A stretch of 50,830 nucleotides of DNA from Candidatus Dormiibacterota bacterium (GTDB taxonomy: Bacteria; Chloroflexota; Dormibacteria; Aeolococcales; Bog-877). The notes below the pieces were generated by a model. That model was given only the letters and a program-made list of their open reading frames with translations, made no database searches and was not told the DNA's origin. The position numbers were made by a program, and so were the translations under genes. Shown here in pieces: positions 36,590-46,673 of the stretch (positions are counted from its first letter, which is position 1; the number at the start of each line of letters is the position of its first letter). The stretch spans positions 1 to 50,830 of the forward strand of contig JBAUWA010000007.1 in assembly GCA_049583555.1 (NCBI GenBank), given 5' to 3'.

Positions 36590-37435
36590 TCACGCGCTCA
36601 GGGAGGTCGCCGCGGAACCGAACGAGGGAAAAGCCCTCGTGACCCGAAGAAGCTCGGTGAGCCCTTGGTATCCACCTGGGGTGAGCTCCACCGCCCGTCC
36701 CTGCGGAACTCGTCGAAGCCAATCGAGCTCGAACATTCGGCGCGTGATCGCGGCCGGCAATGAACCGGCAGCGTGGTACTCCCTTTCGGTCCAGTCCAAG
36801 CAGGGCCGAACGAACAGGCGGCCCGACCCCAGCGGCAGCATCACTGCCAATGGATCGAGAAGTGACAACTTGCCTGGACTGAAGTCCCGAGTGATCACCG
36901 CAGACGCGACCAGCGCCTGAGTGAACTCGATACCTAGCCGGCCTGCCAAGTGGTCATAGCAGGTACGGCCGCGCCTCAGAGTCGGTTCTACTGCCGGCCG
37001 GCTGGGGACAGTCAACCTGCTCGCCGGCAAACCCACCGCGAGGGCTTCAAGGACGGACGCCACCTCGGCCCCGGCCAGGCGGAAGTACCGATGGCGGCCT
37101 TGCCTCGCGACGTCTAGAGCTCCAGCATCGACTAGCCGCGCCAGATGCTCGCTCGCGGTGGATGCCGCCACGCCTGCGTCGCTGGCCAGCTCACCCGCAG
37201 TGCGAAAGCGCCCGTCCAAAAGTTCCACACATAGTGCTACCCGGGTGTCGTCAGCGAACAGCCGCGCGGTCGCGGCCACGGGCGCGTCACCAATCCCGCG
37301 TCTCACGCCGACAATTATCGCTCCCAAACCGAGCTCGTGTGCGTCATTGGTCAACACTTCGGCACGCGCCGAAACTTTGAGGCTGCGGATATCCAGCTGG
37401 CGCACCAGGCTGCCAGCTGTCATGTCCGACTTCAA
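36590..37435 (-). CDS. ArsR/SmtB-family winged-helix transcriptional regulator with a C-terminal extension domain
   Basis: 281 aa. N-terminal HTH (ARLFADDTRVALCVELLDGRFRTAGELASDAGVAASTASEHLARLVDAGALDVARQGRHRYFRL). It is divergent from the substrate-binding protein gene. Confidence 0.7.
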   Translation of the reverse strand: MKSDMTAGSLVRQLDIRSLKVSARAEVLTNDAHELGLGAIIVGVRRGIGDAPVAATARLFADDTRVALCVELLDGRFRTAGELASDAGVAASTASEHLARLVDAGALDVARQGRHRYFRLAGAEVASVLEALAVGLPASRLTVPSRPAVEPTLRRGRTCYDHLAGRLGIEFTQALVASAVITRDFSPGKLSLLDPLAVMLPLGSGRLFVRPCLDWTEREYHAAGSLPAAITRRMFELDWLRRVPQGRAVELTPGGYQGLTELLRVTRAFPSFGSAATSLSA

Positions 37436-37536
37436 GATTCATCCTTTTGGGTGATGGTGTGACACGCTCTCTCACCCTAGTGGGTGATGTCGGACTCTTC
37501 GCGTCGTGTAAACGGAGCACAAGCCCGGAAAGGAAT

Positions 37537-37553
37537 TCATCCCTTAGAGGGAT
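37537..37553. promoter_or_regulatory. Palindrome CATCCCT-tag-AGGGATG in the ArsR/SBP divergent intergenic region; candidate operator
   Basis: Perfect 7-bp arms. The same region also carries a GGGTGA..TCACCC..GGGTGA array at 37450-37488. Confidence 0.35.
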
Positions 37554-37651
37554 GCTCTTTCTACCGCGCTTGGCTAGCGTTCTAGGGGTAACGCTTCCGT
37601 GCGCTGTCGTAAGCGTATCTGTGAATGTACGTAGTGGAGGGCCTAAAGCCT

Positions 37652-39544
37652 ATGCGACGTAACCCAATACTTCCATCATTGCGCTGGGTGGGCCCACTGG
37701 TCGTCGCAGCATTGCTGCTCACCGCCGCCAGTAGCATGAGCGCCGACGCCAAGACAACTGCCAAGACTTCCTCTACGGTGACCTGGGCAGAGCTGCCTTC
37801 GGCTCCTCCCGAGTACATCTCGCCGCTGGCAGGAAGTGCCTGGTTCAGTGTCACCAACCTCTCCGATTTCTCCGAGGTCATGTACCGACCACTGTTCTGG
37901 TTCGGAGACAACGGCCAGCCCAAGTTCAACCCCGCGCTGAGCATCGCCAACGCCCCCGTGTGGTCCGACAACGACCAGACCGCCACGATCACCATGAAGC
38001 ACTGGGTCTGGTCCGATGGCGCCCCGATCACCGCCAGGGACGTGGTCTTCTGGATGAACCTGCTGGAGGCTTCGGTTTCCCCCGCAGCCGCCAACGTCGG
38101 TAGCAGTAGTGCTCCCGGCCCAGGCTACGGCGCCTTTGTCTCGGGTGGCTTCCCCAACAACGTCGTCAGCTACACCGCGACCGGGACCTATAGCCTGGTC
38201 TTCCACCTCAACGCGTCCTACGACCCGACCTGGTTCCTCTACAACGAATTGAGCCAGATCACCCCCCTGCCGCAAGCCTCCTGGGACAAGCTCTCAGCCA
38301 CTGGCGCAGTCGGCAACTATGACGAGCAGGGCACCGGCACTGGGACCACTGGGGCGCTGGGAGTGGCCCAGTTCATCAACCTCCAGTCCGAGAACACCAG
38401 CACCTACGCCAGCAACCCCATGTGGCAGGTGGTGAGCGGTCCCTACAAGCTCAGCCAATACACCACCGCTGGCTTTGTGAAGATGGTGCCCAACACCAAG
38501 TACTCGGGACCCGACAAGGCCAAGGTCAGTGTCTTCGAAGAGATCCCCTTCACCAGCGACACTGCCGAGTTCAATGAGCTGCGCGCCGGCGACCTGACGA
38601 TCGGATACGTCCCCACTCAAGACCTCGCGCAGAAGGGGTACATGGAAAGCCATGGCTACAAGTTCGCTCCTTGGAACCAGTTCGGGATCGTCTACTTCGC
38701 CTACAACTTCACCGAGCCGACCACGGGCCCGATCTTCAAGCAGCTCTACTTCCGCCAGGCCTTCCAAAGCCTGGTGAACCAGCCGGAGTATCTCAAGAAA
38801 TTCCTAGGCGGGGTGGGGACCATCACCAACGGGCCGGTCCCGACATACCCCACAGGTAACGCCGACCTGACCAAACTCGAGTCGAGCGGCCAGGTGTACC
38901 CGTACGACCCCAGCAAGGCGGTAGCCCTGCTCAAGGACCACGGCTGGTCCGTCAAGCCGGGCGGCACCACTACCTGCACCAAGCCGGGTACCGGAACTGG
39001 TGAGTGCGGAGCCGGCATCGTTACGGGCGCGTCGCTCTCCTTCCGGCTCCTCTACGCTAGCGGCCAAGTTTACCTGACAGATGAGATGGAAGCTTTGAAG
39101 TCCACCGCGGACCAGGAGGCCGGGATCCAGGTCGCACTCTCGCAAGCACCGTTCGGCCAGGTGATCGCTGAAACTTTCGGCGCTGCCTGCAGCGACGCTA
39201 GCCCCTGCAGTGGCTGGGATATGGGCAACTGGGGCGGTGGCTGGGTCTACTCACCTGACTACTTCCCGACCGGCGAGGAGCTGTTCGAGACCGGGGCCGA
39301 GTCAAACCCCGGCTACTACAGCAGCACCGAGACCAACAAGTTGATCGCCGCGACCAACACCGACGCGACCGTCTCCGGCGAGCTCAGGGCACTTGACGCC
39401 TATGAGAATTACGTGGCCAGGCAACTGCCAGTGGTCTGGATGCCATCCATCCCCTACCAGCTGACCATGTACAAGAGCAGCCTGACGGGCCTGTTGCCCC
39501 AGGGTGTCTTCGACGAGATCTACCCGGAGGACTACAGCTTCTAG
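37652..39544 (+). CDS. ABC-transporter substrate-binding protein, family 5 (oligopeptide/nickel type). No cognate permease or ATPase genes are adjacent.
   Basis: ATG at 37652 with a GGAGGG SD. Signal peptide MRRNPILPSLRWVGPLVVAALLLTAASSMSA, then a family-5 SBP fold of about 600 aa. Confidence 0.85.
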   Translation: MRRNPILPSLRWVGPLVVAALLLTAASSMSADAKTTAKTSSTVTWAELPSAPPEYISPLAGSAWFSVTNLSDFSEVMYRPLFWFGDNGQPKFNPALSIANAPVWSDNDQTATITMKHWVWSDGAPITARDVVFWMNLLEASVSPAAANVGSSSAPGPGYGAFVSGGFPNNVVSYTATGTYSLVFHLNASYDPTWFLYNELSQITPLPQASWDKLSATGAVGNYDEQGTGTGTTGALGVAQFINLQSENTSTYASNPMWQVVSGPYKLSQYTTAGFVKMVPNTKYSGPDKAKVSVFEEIPFTSDTAEFNELRAGDLTIGYVPTQDLAQKGYMESHGYKFAPWNQFGIVYFAYNFTEPTTGPIFKQLYFRQAFQSLVNQPEYLKKFLGGVGTITNGPVPTYPTGNADLTKLESSGQVYPYDPSKAVALLKDHGWSVKPGGTTTCTKPGTGTGECGAGIVTGASLSFRLLYASGQVYLTDEMEALKSTADQEAGIQVALSQAPFGQVIAETFGAACSDASPCSGWDMGNWGGGWVYSPDYFPTGEELFETGAESNPGYYSSTETNKLIAATNTDATVSGELRALDAYENYVARQLPVVWMPSIPYQLTMYKSSLTGLLPQGVFDEIYPEDYSF

Positions 39545-39591
39545 ATCAACTAGATCGCTACCGACAGGCCCTGAGCGCTCACTAGCGTGGG

Positions 39592-39620
39592 AGGCCCGGC
39601 GTTGCGCCGGGCCTTTCTCG
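39592..39620 (+). terminator. Intrinsic terminator after the SBP gene
   Basis: AGGCCCGGCG-ttg-CGCCGGGCCT hairpin followed by TTCTCGCG. Confidence 0.55.
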
Positions 39621-39683
39621 CGTCTCGCATCAAGCCGCGACCACCTTCTGTATCCAAAGCCGCTACCAATTGGTCGATCTGAA

Positions 39684-40616
39684 TTGTTCCCGTCTAGAAA
39701 CTGGCCGGAGTCGATTCTGTATTACCCTGACGACAGGGCGGCCGCCCGCTATGCAGGTTTGGTGGGCATGGAAGATGTCAAGTCTCGCGTGCATAACGAG
39801 CTGGCCCTCTGGCTGGCTCCGGAGCGCCTCGCGGAGTGGAGTCATCGTTACGGACAGCATGGCTTGGTTTCGGAATTAGCTCCTCTCCCATCCCCGGCCC
39901 CGGTGATCGTACTCGCCGGTGATAGCGGTACCGGCAAAACCTCCCTTGCTGAGTCTCTGGGCGACCCGCTTGCCCGCAGCTTGAGAGTCAAATTGCGCGG
40001 CTATCGAGTTGGGCCGAGCCCGGGTTCTGCGCAGCAGCTGGAAGCGGCACTGAGACCAGATTTCGCGCCGCAAGCAGCCGCTGTCGAACCTGCCCCTGCG
40101 GTCAGCGGACACATCCTAATCTACGATCAGCAGTATCCTCTGGAGACGGGTGGAGACGGCGACCCCCAGGACGGACCCGACCGCGGGGGGGTGGTGGGTC
40201 GCGTGGTGCAGGCAGCGGAGATGCTAGCGGCGCGCGGACAGCCAGCGGCCGTAATCCTGTGCGTGAGTCACCCTTCCCAGGTGGATGTGGCCGTGCGCCG
40301 ACTTACATCGGAGGAGTTCGTGCTTGCTCGCCCAGGGGCAGCGGAACGCGAGGTAGTACTCAGGCGTCTGACTGAGGGTCTTCCTATGAGCGACGCCGAA
40401 CTAGTGAGACTGGTTCGAGCTACCGGGCCCCGAGATGGAACGCCAGGGTACACCTACGGCGATCTGGCCCAGCGACTCATGCACGCCGCCATCCTTGCCA
40501 GCTATCCCGACCGCCCTTTGACCGCTACCACGCTTATCGGCGTGGCTCGACGCCTACCATCCACGCCGACTGCGACCGCGACCACTTTGGGCGGGGTACA
40601 GCCATCATCAGATTAG
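39684..40616 (+). CDS. CbbX/SpoVK/EccA-type AAA+ protein. It has Walker A but a Walker B that reads DQ instead of DE. The start is uncertain; the track ORF begins at 39504 and overlaps the SBP gene.
   Basis: GLVGMEDVKSRV (compare CbbX LIGLAPVKRRI), Walker A GDSGTGKTS, and Walker B GHILIYDQQYPL (compare GGVLFIDEAYSL). TTG at 39684 is in frame. Confidence 0.65.
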   Translation: MFPSRNWPESILYYPDDRAAARYAGLVGMEDVKSRVHNELALWLAPERLAEWSHRYGQHGLVSELAPLPSPAPVIVLAGDSGTGKTSLAESLGDPLARSLRVKLRGYRVGPSPGSAQQLEAALRPDFAPQAAAVEPAPAVSGHILIYDQQYPLETGGDGDPQDGPDRGGVVGRVVQAAEMLAARGQPAAVILCVSHPSQVDVAVRRLTSEEFVLARPGAAEREVVLRRLTEGLPMSDAELVRLVRATGPRDGTPGYTYGDLAQRLMHAAILASYPDRPLTATTLIGVARRLPSTPTATATTLGGVQPSSD

Positions 40617-40631
40617 TCGAGGTCTTGCCGC

Positions 40632-40659
40632 GGCGGTAGCCGCGCTGCGGTAGCCGCGC
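40632..40659. repeat. Tandem 14-nt direct repeat (GCGGTAGCCGCGCT)x2, each copy containing the palindrome GCGG-tag-CCGC, upstream of pfk
   Basis: Exact duplication, lying between the AAA+ gene stop and the pfk SD. Confidence 0.4.
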
Positions 40660-40766
40660 TTGCGAAGCAACATCCCATGCTCGCGCTGCCAATGCCGAGG
40701 CGGTGCCTTGCACGACAATCACCCGATATGCTCGACCCGGCGGTCGACCAAAGGGAGGATTGGCTG

Positions 40767-41801
40767 ATGCAAGTAGGGATCCTGACCGGCGGAGGAGATG
40801 CTCCGGGGTTGAACGCTGCCATTCGGGCTGTGGCCCGCTGTGCCTTCGCCGACGGGGTCGGAGTACTCGGGGTGCGTAACGGTTGGGCGGGCCTGCTCGG
40901 AGCTGGCGACGTTTGGTCGATCCAGCCAGCCGACGTCTCGGGCATCCTGGTTCGCGGCGGAACCATCCTCGGCACCTCGAGGGTCAACCCAATGAGCGAG
41001 GCGGAGGCAATGGACGCGGTCGCAGCCAATTTGAGTCAACTCGGAATCGATGCGCTGGTGGCGATGGGAGGGGACGACACACTTTCCGTGGCAGCTTCAC
41101 TAGCAGAGCGCGGCGTTCCGGTGGTTGGCGTTCCCAAGACCGTGGACAACGACCTGCAGGTCACCGAATACTGCATTGGCTTCGACAGCGCGGTCGCCAT
41201 CGTCACCGAGGCAGTCGATCGGTTGCACAGCACCGCCGCCTCCCATCACCGAGTAATGGTCGTCGAGGCCATGGGACGCGAGGCTGGTTGGGTCACGCTC
41301 ATGGGCGGCCTGGCGGGGGGGGCCGACATGATCGTGATCCCTGAATTTCCCATCGACATGGAGCAGGTGGTGGACCACCTCCACAGACGGGGGGAGCGAG
41401 GCAGAACCTACAGCATTATTGCGGTCTCGGAGGGAGCGGAGGTCGGAGGGCTTGACGCGCCTTCTTTGAGTGGGGAGCCTCGCGATGCCTTCGGACACGT
41501 CCGGTTGAGCCGTCGAGGCATCGGTGAGCGACTGGGCCGACAGTTGGAATCCGACACCGGGTTCGAGACCAGAGTCACGGTCCTAGGCCACACCCAAAGG
41601 GGCGGAACGCCCACCGCATACGACCGGATTTGGGCAACACGGGTTGGCGCCGCAGCCTACAGCTTGATACGCGACGGCAACTTTGGCAAGATCCCGGTCA
41701 AGCTCGGCGACACCGTCCAGACTGCCCGGCTCACCGACGTGGTCGCTGAACCCAGGTTGGTGCCCGAAGACCTATATCGCCTGGCTCAGGTTTTCTACTA
41801 A
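40767..41801 (+). CDS. pfkA: 6-phosphofructokinase, with the residue signature of PPi-dependent enzymes
   Basis: ATG at 40767 with an AAGGGAGGA SD. Carries GILTGGGDAPGLNAAIRA, GGDDT (Asp at the E. coli Gly104 position) and PKTVDNDL (Lys at the Gly124 position). Confidence 0.85.
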   Translation: MQVGILTGGGDAPGLNAAIRAVARCAFADGVGVLGVRNGWAGLLGAGDVWSIQPADVSGILVRGGTILGTSRVNPMSEAEAMDAVAANLSQLGIDALVAMGGDDTLSVAASLAERGVPVVGVPKTVDNDLQVTEYCIGFDSAVAIVTEAVDRLHSTAASHHRVMVVEAMGREAGWVTLMGGLAGGADMIVIPEFPIDMEQVVDHLHRRGERGRTYSIIAVSEGAEVGGLDAPSLSGEPRDAFGHVRLSRRGIGERLGRQLESDTGFETRVTVLGHTQRGGTPTAYDRIWATRVGAAAYSLIRDGNFGKIPVKLGDTVQTARLTDVVAEPRLVPEDLYRLAQVFY

Positions 41802-41860
41802 GCGGCCGAGAACGATCCTCGAGCTCCGCCCATCGCGGCGAAGGCGCGGCCGTGGACTAC

Positions 41861-42982
41861 CTACCTGCCGGGCGCACTCGGCCCTTGTCCTTCTAGGATC
41901 ACGCGCCGGACGTCGCGGGCAATCTCCAAGTCCTCCCTGCTTTGTATTAGGAGGACCTGCACGGAGGAGTCTGGCGGGCTAATTGACCGGTCGCCGACCC
42001 CTGAGCGATTGCTACCCGAATCGATGCAGACATCAAGAAATCCGAGTCGCTCTCCACACATCTCCCGGACCGGAGCAGAGTTCTCGCCGACGCCGCCAGT
42101 AAAGACCAAAGCATCGAGACCGTCCATCGCAGCAACCATCGCAGCGATCCCAGCACACAGATGATGGAGATACACATCGACCGCGAGTCTGGCCGAGGTA
42201 TCCCCCTCCGCGCTCCGCCTCGTAATGGTTTCCATCTCGGCATAGCCACCCAGGCCAAGGAGACCCGAACGGTTCTCCAGCACATCTGCCAACTCGGCTG
42301 CCGAAACTCCCGCGTGTTGCTCTAGCCAGAGGACTAATCCCGGATCGACGCTCCCGCTCCGGGTCGCCATCACCAGGCCTTCAAGCGGGGTGAATCCCAT
42401 CGTAGTGTCGACTGATTGGCCGTGTAGGACCGCGCACAAAGAGGCGCCCGCTCCGAGGTGACAAGTGACAACCCGGAGGTCTTCGGCCGGTCGGCGCAGC
42501 ATGGCAGCCGCCCGCCTCGAGCTGTACGCGTGGGAGAGACCATGGAATCCGAAGCGCCGCAGTGGCCAGCGTGTTCGCCACTCTTGCGGTAGGGCATAGG
42601 TTGAGGCGGCCGCGGGGAGGTTGGCGTGGAAGGCGGTATCGAAGCAAGCGACTGCTGGAACTTCGGGGAGAGCCGCTTTGGTTGCCGCGAGTGCCGCTAG
42701 AGACTTGGGCTGGTGGAGCGGAGCCAGGTCGGTCAGCGCCCCCAGGCGCCGCTCGATCTCCTGATTGAGCAGCACCGCTGTGGTGAACTCGGTCCCCCCA
42801 TGAACGATACGGTGTCCGACAGCGTCAACCGGCCCCAGTGAACTGATGGTTTGCTGCAACCACGCTGCCCCACCAGCTCCGCGCGGAGGTGGAAGGTCTG
42901 AGCCCGCAGACACGGTATCGTCGGGTTCAACGACTCGGAGCCTTAGGCTGCTGGAGCCCGCGTTGACGACGAGAACTCGCAT
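41861..42982 (-). CDS. ackA: Acetate kinase
   Basis: Starts MRVLVVNAGSSSLR, contains HRIVHGG, and matches the ASKHA fold. It starts 8 nt downstream of the phosphoketolase stop. Confidence 0.88.
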   Translation of the reverse strand: MRVLVVNAGSSSLRLRVVEPDDTVSAGSDLPPPRGAGGAAWLQQTISSLGPVDAVGHRIVHGGTEFTTAVLLNQEIERRLGALTDLAPLHQPKSLAALAATKAALPEVPAVACFDTAFHANLPAAASTYALPQEWRTRWPLRRFGFHGLSHAYSSRRAAAMLRRPAEDLRVVTCHLGAGASLCAVLHGQSVDTTMGFTPLEGLVMATRSGSVDPGLVLWLEQHAGVSAAELADVLENRSGLLGLGGYAEMETITRRSAEGDTSARLAVDVYLHHLCAGIAAMVAAMDGLDALVFTGGVGENSAPVREMCGERLGFLDVCIDSGSNRSGVGDRSISPPDSSVQVLLIQSREDLEIARDVRRVILEGQGPSAPGR

Positions 42983-42990
42983 CGTCCGAA

Positions 42991-45438
42991 CTACGCCGAC
43001 CAGGTCCAGTCGCGTATCTCCACCGGGTCCTCCCCATGCTCACGGGTGTAGAGCCGGGACGCGAGACGCTTGTCCACCATCTCCTGGCGTAGATGCCCGG
43101 CCGGATCAGCAAGACCAGGCACTCGGTCGATTACGTCGATGACAAGGCGGAACCGATCCAGATCGTTGAGCATCACCATGTCGAAGGGAGTGGTGGTCGT
43201 CCCCTCCTCCTTGTATCCCCGGACATGAATGTTGTGGTGATTGTGGCGACGGTATGTCAAGCGATGGATCAAAGTCGGGTAGCCATGGTAGGCGAAGATC
43301 ACAGGGCGCTCGTCGGTGAACAGGGCATCGAACTCCGCATCGGACAGCCCGTGAGCGTGCTCCTCCGGTGGCTCGAGGCGCATTAGGTCGACCACGTTGA
43401 CCACCCTTACCTTGAGGTAGGGCAGCTCTTGGCGAAGGATCGATGCGGCGGCCACAGTCTCCAGAGTTGGGACATCGCCACAGCATGCCAAGACCACATC
43501 GGGGTCGCTTCCAGCATCGTTGCTGGCGAACTCCCAAATGCCGGCTCCTCGAGTGCAGTGAATTACCGCGTCTTCCACTGTTAGCCAGTTGGGAGCCATT
43601 TGTTTGCCAGCCACGATCACGTTGACGTAGTTGCGGCTGCGCAGGCAATGATCCGCTACTGAGAGCAAGCAGTTAGCGTCGGGGGGTAGGTAAACCCGAA
43701 TTATCTCCGCCTTCTTGTTGGTGACGTGGTCGATAAAACCCGGATCTTGGTGGGAGAATCCATTGTTGTCCTGACGCCAGACGTGGGAAGACAGCAGGTA
43801 GTTGAGCGACGGGATCGGCCGTCTCCAGGAAATGGCGCGACACGACTTCAACCACTTGGCGTGCTGGTTGAACATGGAGTCGACGATGTGGATGAAGGCC
43901 TCGTAGCAATTGAACAGACCGTGGCGACCGGTGAGCAAGTAACCCTCGAGCCAGCCCTGGCAGAGGTGCTCGGATAGGACCTCCATAACCCGCCCGTCAG
44001 GCGCCAGATGATCGTCGTCAGGGACGGTCGTAGCGTCGAAGGTCCGGTCAGTGACCTCGAAGACCGCATCGAGCCGGTTGGAGGTGGTTTCGTCCGGTCC
44101 GAAGAGGCGGAAGTTATCGCGGTTGCCTTTGATCACGTCGCGAAGGAATCGCCCGAGCACCCGGGTCGCCTCTGAGGAAGAACCACCGGGAGTGGGTACC
44201 TCCACGCCATAGTTGTGGAAGTCAGGCAGCTCCAGATCACGTACCAGCAGGCCACCGTTGCTGCGGGGATTGGCGCTCATCCGGCGGGTTCCGCGCGGGG
44301 CCAGCTGGGCCAGCTCCTCCACCAGCCTCCCCCGGTCATCGAAGAGCTCTTCCGGCCGGTAACTGCGCATCCATTCCTCGAGAAGTCGCAGGTGCTCCGG
44401 ATTCTCCCGGACTTCCGCAATGGGGATCTGATGAGCTCGAAAAGTCCCCTCCACCGGCAAGCCGTCGACCTCCTTGGGGCAGCCCCAGCCCTTCGGGGTT
44501 CGCAGGATCAGCATCGGCCAAATGGGCCGGGACGGATCCTTCTGCTCGCGGGCCCGTCGCCAGATCTCCTGGATCTCCTGGACGATCGCGTCCAGGGTGG
44601 CCGCTAGCTCCTGGTGCACCCGGGAGGGATCGTCGCCGCCCACCTCGTAGACCCGGTAGCCGTATCCCTCGAAGAGGGCGCGCAGCTCGTGATCGGGGAT
44701 CCGGGCCAGAAAGGTGGGGCTCGCGATCTTGTAGCCGTTGAGGTGCAACACCGGTAGCACCGCTCCATCTCGGATCGGATCCAGGTACTTGTTGGAGTGC
44801 CAACTTGTCGCCATCGGGCCCGTCTCCGCCTCGCCGTCGCCAACCACGCAGCAAGCAATCAGCTGGGGAAGATCAAAGACCGCGCCGTAAGCATGGGTGA
44901 GGGCGTACCCGAGTTCGCCGCCTTCGTTAATCGAACCGGGCGTATCCGGCGATGCGTGGCTCGGGATGCCGCCGGGAAAGGAGAACTGGCGAAAGAGCCG
45001 CCGAAGACCCTCTTGGTCTTGGCTGATGTGGGGGTACACCTCGGTGTAGGTCCCCTCCAGGTAGGTGTTAGCCACGACTCCCGGTGCTCCGTGGCCAGGG
45101 CCGGAGACATACAAAAGGTCCAGATCGCGTTCGCGGATCAACCGGTTCAGGTGAGCGTAGATCAGGTTCTGTCCCGGACACGTTCCCCAGTGACCGAGCA
45201 ACCGAGGCTTTATGTGCTCCGCACGTAGTGGCTCCGCCAGGAGGGGATTGTCGAGGAGATAGATCTGACCGATGGACAGGTAGTTGGCCGCACGCCAATA
45301 GCCGTCGACCAACCGCAGCCCCTCCGCACTGAGTGGACCGAGGTTGGTGGGAGCCGCATGGGTGTCCATTGGTCCATTTTCAATGTGGAGCCATTGATCG
45401 TGCCGGTTACGCATGACTGCGCGGCCACCCCAAGTCAC
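42991..45438 (-). CDS. xfp: Xylulose-5-phosphate / fructose-6-phosphate phosphoketolase
   Basis: 815 aa. Motifs include [26 protein letters not shown] and the TPP-binding GDGEAETGP. The N-terminal start is ambiguous (M1, M9 or M24). Confidence 0.9.
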   Translation of the reverse strand: MTWGGRAVMRNRHDQWLHIENGPMDTHAAPTNLGPLSAEGLRLVDGYWRAANYLSIGQIYLLDNPLLAEPLRAEHIKPRLLGHWGTCPGQNLIYAHLNRLIRERDLDLLYVSGPGHGAPGVVANTYLEGTYTEVYPHISQDQEGLRRLFRQFSFPGGIPSHASPDTPGSINEGGELGYALTHAYGAVFDLPQLIACCVVGDGEAETGPMATSWHSNKYLDPIRDGAVLPVLHLNGYKIASPTFLARIPDHELRALFEGYGYRVYEVGGDDPSRVHQELAATLDAIVQEIQEIWRRAREQKDPSRPIWPMLILRTPKGWGCPKEVDGLPVEGTFRAHQIPIAEVRENPEHLRLLEEWMRSYRPEELFDDRGRLVEELAQLAPRGTRRMSANPRSNGGLLVRDLELPDFHNYGVEVPTPGGSSSEATRVLGRFLRDVIKGNRDNFRLFGPDETTSNRLDAVFEVTDRTFDATTVPDDDHLAPDGRVMEVLSEHLCQGWLEGYLLTGRHGLFNCYEAFIHIVDSMFNQHAKWLKSCRAISWRRPIPSLNYLLSSHVWRQDNNGFSHQDPGFIDHVTNKKAEIIRVYLPPDANCLLSVADHCLRSRNYVNVIVAGKQMAPNWLTVEDAVIHCTRGAGIWEFASNDAGSDPDVVLACCGDVPTLETVAAASILRQELPYLKVRVVNVVDLMRLEPPEEHAHGLSDAEFDALFTDERPVIFAYHGYPTLIHRLTYRRHNHHNIHVRGYKEEGTTTTPFDMVMLNDLDRFRLVIDVIDRVPGLADPAGHLRQEMVDKRLASRLYTREHGEDPVEIRDWTWSA

Positions 45439-45495
45439 CCCCGCGCCAAGAGGCGGCCCTAACTCTCAAGAAGAGGAGCCGCCTCGGTGGCCCGT

Positions 45496-46557
45496 CTATG
45501 TGGTAATCGCCACCTTTAGAACCCCGTCTCGCTGCTCGGCGAAGAGGTCGTAAGCCTCGAGGATCTGGGAGAGATTGAATTCGTGCGTCAGCAACGGGGT
45601 CAGGTCAATTCGCCCGTTCTCCACCAATCGCATAAGGCTCGCCATCCGTTGACGGCCGCCCGGGCACAAGGTGTTCACGATGGTCTGGTCACCCAATCCA
45701 CCGACGTAGTCGGTGGGGTGGATGGTGAGGTCATGCGAGTAGATTCCCAGCGACGACAGCGTGCCCCCGGGCCTGATCACCTTCAACCCGTTGGCAAATG
45801 TGCCGCTTGTCCCCAGGGCTTCGATAGCAACGTCGACTCCTCGACCTTCGGTTATCCGCCTGATCTCGGCGACGACGTCCATTGACTCAAAATGGAGAGC
45901 GACATCCGCACCGAGTCGGAGCGCCATCTTCAGTCGTTCGTGGATCGAGTCCACCACGATCACGAGGCCGGCGCCCTTCAGCCGGGCGCCAATCGAGGCA
46001 CACAGCCCAATCGGACCTTGGGCGAAGATCGCCACTGTGTCTCCTAAGCCGACGCCAGCCTTTTCCGACGCTGAGAATCCGGTCGAGGCGATGTCCGCGA
46101 GCAGAACGACTTGGCGATCGCTCAGAGACTTCGGGACGGGTGCCAGGTTCGCCTGCGCGTAGGGCACTAGGACATATTCCGCCTGGCAACCGTTGATGGA
46201 GTTTCCAAGCCTCCATCCTCCTCCTGCCACCCACTTGTCCTCGTGCCCGGAGCATTGAGCCCACTGTCCCGAGAGACAGAAGAAGCAACTCCCGCATGGA
46301 GTGATTGCGGGAATCAGGACACGCTCACCGAGCTGGAAACCAACCACGCCTGGCCCAAGTTCATGAATGGTCCCGACCGCCTCATGCCCGAGGGTACGGC
46401 CTTTGCTCACGGGCCACTCCTCGCGCGAGATGTGGACATCGGTGCCACAGATCGTGGTCAGTGAAACCTTCACGACCGCTTGGTTGACGCCGGCGCGCGG
46501 TACTGGCACTTCGTCGAGAGAGAGCAGTCCGGGGCCGTGATAGACCATCGCATTCAT
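45496..46557 (-). CDS. Zinc-dependent alcohol dehydrogenase (MDR family). The track ORF extends to 46686.
   Basis: Contains GHEAVG, structural-zinc Cys residues (CGSCFFCLSGQWAQC) and a Rossmann GPIG. Probable start MNAMVYHGP. Confidence 0.8.
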   Translation of the reverse strand: MNAMVYHGPGLLSLDEVPVPRAGVNQAVVKVSLTTICGTDVHISREEWPVSKGRTLGHEAVGTIHELGPGVVGFQLGERVLIPAITPCGSCFFCLSGQWAQCSGHEDKWVAGGGWRLGNSINGCQAEYVLVPYAQANLAPVPKSLSDRQVVLLADIASTGFSASEKAGVGLGDTVAIFAQGPIGLCASIGARLKGAGLVIVVDSIHERLKMALRLGADVALHFESMDVVAEIRRITEGRGVDVAIEALGTSGTFANGLKVIRPGGTLSSLGIYSHDLTIHPTDYVGGLGDQTIVNTLCPGGRQRMASLMRLVENGRIDLTPLLTHEFNLSQILEAYDLFAEQRDGVLKVAITT

Positions 46558-46673
46558 CGTTGTCGGAATGGCACTCCCGCCGTCGTGGTGCCGATAAAGA
46601 GAATCTCCCGAGGTTGGCTCTGGCGCCTGGAGGTTCGTGGCCGCCTCCGCAGGGAGCCGGCTCTCGACCCGGC

